A stretch of 64,000 bases of DNA, taken from NCBI GenBank assembly GCA_958296175.1, contig OY282448.1, positions 1,584,012-1,648,011 on the forward strand, written 5' to 3'. Numbering within the stretch: the stretch's first letter is position 1; every line of letters begins with the position of its first letter. This document shows, one piece after another, positions 61,769 to 64,000 of this stretch. Both the position numbers and the translations under genes were made by a program. The notes below the pieces were generated by a model that did no database searches, was not told the DNA's origin, and saw only the letters and a list, made by a program, of their open reading frames with translations. Origin of the DNA: an uncultured Chloroflexota bacterium. Its GTDB lineage: Bacteria > Chloroflexota > UBA11872.

Positions 61769-63400
61769 ATGGGGAAGTTTTTCCACGGCGGCGGGCCGCG
61801 GCGCTGGCGTTTGCTGCCAACGATCGTGGTTGGGGCGCTGCTTGCCGCCGCGGCCTGCGGGCCAAGCCCGCCGCTGGCGTGCGACACACTGACGGCGAGC
61901 GCCGTGGAACCGGTGCGCCAGGCAACGCCGCTGCCGACGCGCATGGACGCCCAGTCAAACCCAAAGTGGTGGGTTCCGCCGTCGCTGGAAGAGCAGATAT
62001 TCGATTCGGAAGTGATCGTGCGGGCCACGTTGCAAAGCGTTGCGGCTGTGGCAGAAGCCGCAGAAGTCGTCGGGGGCAGCGGCTATCGGGCAGTGCAGGA
62101 GCTGCGGTTCCGGGTGCACGAATACTTGAAAGGAAGCGGTCCGGACACCCAGCTCGTTGCGGTGCGCGGCGGCGAGACTTACGCGAGCGAGACCGAAGCG
62201 TGCGCGGCGGCGCGTACGGCGGTGTGGGAGCGCACGACGGTCTGGGACGACCGCGAGGGGGTGCTGTTTCTGAGGGCGCTGCCGGCGCCGTACACGCCGG
62301 TCGAAGGAGCGGCCGCCATGGGCTTCACGCGTTCCAACTATCCGGTCCAGTCGCGGTGGGATTATGGCGTGGAGACGATGAGCCGTGCCTGGTTGCCGGC
62401 ACGGGAAGCCGTAGGCGCGGCCGGCGCAGTTGGGGCGGCTGCCGCAGCCACGCAATCCTATGTGACGGACGGGGTGCAGACGCCGCCGCCGGTGATCACG
62501 CTGGCGGAGCTGCGGACCAAGATTGCGGCCATGGCGGCCGAGCTGGCGGCGGGGGAAGGGACCGATGGCTATACGGAATGTATTCGCTATAAGATCTCGC
62601 ATGAGCGGTACCGTCGCGCCATTCCATGGACCCCGGACCAGGTCGATGTGTCACTGAGATCCGGGACGGCGGCAGGGGCTGTGATTTACAGGGACGTGAT
62701 TACGGACCGTGATGAGCAGTACTTTAATTATTGGCTGAGTGGGCCGGATAAAGACCAATTCCAAACCGTAATCGTCGACGAGGATACCGACTCGTCGAAC
62801 GGTTACGAGTACAGGATGATTACGACGCGTCCGCTGCCGGCCGGCGTGTATCGCGTGAAGTACAACTCGCAGGCTTACGTGTTATTCCCCTGCAACTTCG
62901 CTCCTGAGGACGCGTATATCGATATAACCGTGCGCGTGAGTGCGCCTTAGGGGACGGTGTACGAAGCGTTCTTCGACCCGGTGGAACTGGACGACGGCGT
63001 GGGCGCAGATGGGAGCGCTGGCGTGCTGCAGGCGGGGAGCGAGCGGCTGTCGACGATGGACGTGGTGCGGTTGGTGTGGGACGAGGCCGCGGGAGAGGTG
63101 CGGATGCAGAGGACGGCCGGTGGCGAGGCGGTGCCCGAGCAGCTGCAGGTGATAGGGGAAGACGGGACGGTGAAGCTGACATTGGCGCTGGCCGCGGCGG
63201 AGACGGCGGCCACGGACGAGGGCGGCTGCGAACTGCGCTGGGATGTGGACGCCGCGCCGTGGGAGGCGGGCGGGAAGCTGCTGCTGCGGCTCGGCAGCGC
63301 CCCCGGCAGCGTGCCAAGCGCCGTAGCCGCCTGCACGGCGGCGGCCGCCGCGCCGACCCCGACGCCCACCGTGTCCCCCGCGCCCGCGGCAGGGGTCTGA
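61769..63400 (+). pseudogene. Putative lipoprotein gene interrupted by an in-frame TAG (ORFs 61769-62950 and 62957-63400 share one frame)
   Basis: GAGGAGG RBS and LLAAAA-C lipobox. ...VRVSAP-TAG-GTVYEAFFDPV... continues in frame to a PTPTPT tail. Confidence 0.65.
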
Positions 63401-63498
63401 CACGTAAGAGCCGCGTCCAGCCGCCCTTGCCGCCTTTCGGACAAGTACTGTGATGCAGGCTAACGATGCACGCCGCGCGGCCTATGAGGAGGCTGGCG

Positions 63499-64000
63499 AT
63501 GGGGAAGTTTTTCCACGGCGTCGGGCCGCGGCGCTGGCGTTTGCTGCCAACGATCGTCGTTTGGGCGCTGCTTGCCGCCGCGGCCTGCGTGCCGAGCCCG
63601 CCGCTGGCGTGCGACACACTGACGGCGAGCGCCGTGGAACCGGCGCGCCGGGCAACGCCGCGCGTGGACGCCTCGACGAACCCCGTCTGGTATGTCCCGC
63701 CGTCGCTGGACGAGCAGATATTCACGTCGGAAGTGATCGTGCGGGCCACGTTGCAAAGCGTTGCGGCTGTGGCAGAAGCTGCAGAAGTCGTCGGGGGCAG
63801 CGGCTATCGGCCGGTGCAGGAGCTGCGGTTCCGGGTGCACGAATACTTGAAAGGGAGCGGTCCGGACACCCAGCTCGTTGCGGTGCGCGGCGGCGAGACT
63901 TACGCGAGCGAGACCGAAGCGTGCGCGGCGGCGCGTACGGCGGTGTGGGAGCGCACGACGGTCTGGGACGACCGCGAGGGGGTGTTGTTTCTGTCGGCGC
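63499..64000 (+). CDS. Tandem paralog of the upstream lipoprotein (runs beyond the window end)
   Basis: 63470-64000 is nearly identical to 61740-62280, with the same RBS, signal peptide and lipobox. Confidence 0.8.
   Translation, partial: MGKFFHGVGPRRWRLLPTIVVWALLAAAACVPSPPLACDTLTASAVEPARRATPRVDASTNPVWYVPPSLDEQIFTSEVIVRATLQSVAAVAEAAEVVGGSGYRPVQELRFRVHEYLKGSGPDTQLVAVRGGETYASETEACAAARTAVWERTTVWDDREGVLFLSA

Noticed and set aside
62948-62950. Pyrrolysine codon
   Set aside because: No pyl genes or methylamine methyltransferase context in the window; a single nonsense mutation is the simpler explanation.

Overview
A very GC-rich bacterial chromosomal segment. The T-box, khpA, VanW protein and GVHH-type IleRS2 suggest Chloroflexota or a related Terrabacteria lineage (inference). 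Housekeeping blocks: Ile T-box-alaX-ileS, sufR-like-iscS-iscA, rpsP-khpA-rimM-trmD, pyrG-purA, polA, and rpsO-pnp-dapB-asd. A ~21 kb mostly minus-strand accessory region (20.8-42.2 kb) looks like surface-glycan machinery. It holds Wzm/Wzt, GT2, GT4, two GT-C-like membrane proteins, a Trm112-like protein, a radical SAM/SPASM enzyme, three Gfo/Idh/MocA paralogs and a triple tandem array of ~1.6 kb membrane-protein cassettes, with one TA module at its edge and one inside it. Signals missed or mis-bounded by the ORF track: a CxxU selenoprotein with a SECIS hairpin, the 5' part of ileS with a GVHH motif, a probable CTG start for rimM, a DnaJ-type zinc-finger microprotein, a broken BrnA antitoxin, and a lipoprotein gene split by an in-frame TAG. 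Other notable items: a beta-domain shared by three glycan proteins (apparently circularly permuted in one), a three-member family of membrane-anchored coiled-coil proteins with variable repeat number, an orphan LanC-like enzyme, a Cys-free peroxiredoxin homolog, and two families of intergenic palindromic repeats. I saw no rRNA, tRNA, CRISPR array or transposase. All calls come from manual motif reading; no database searches were run.
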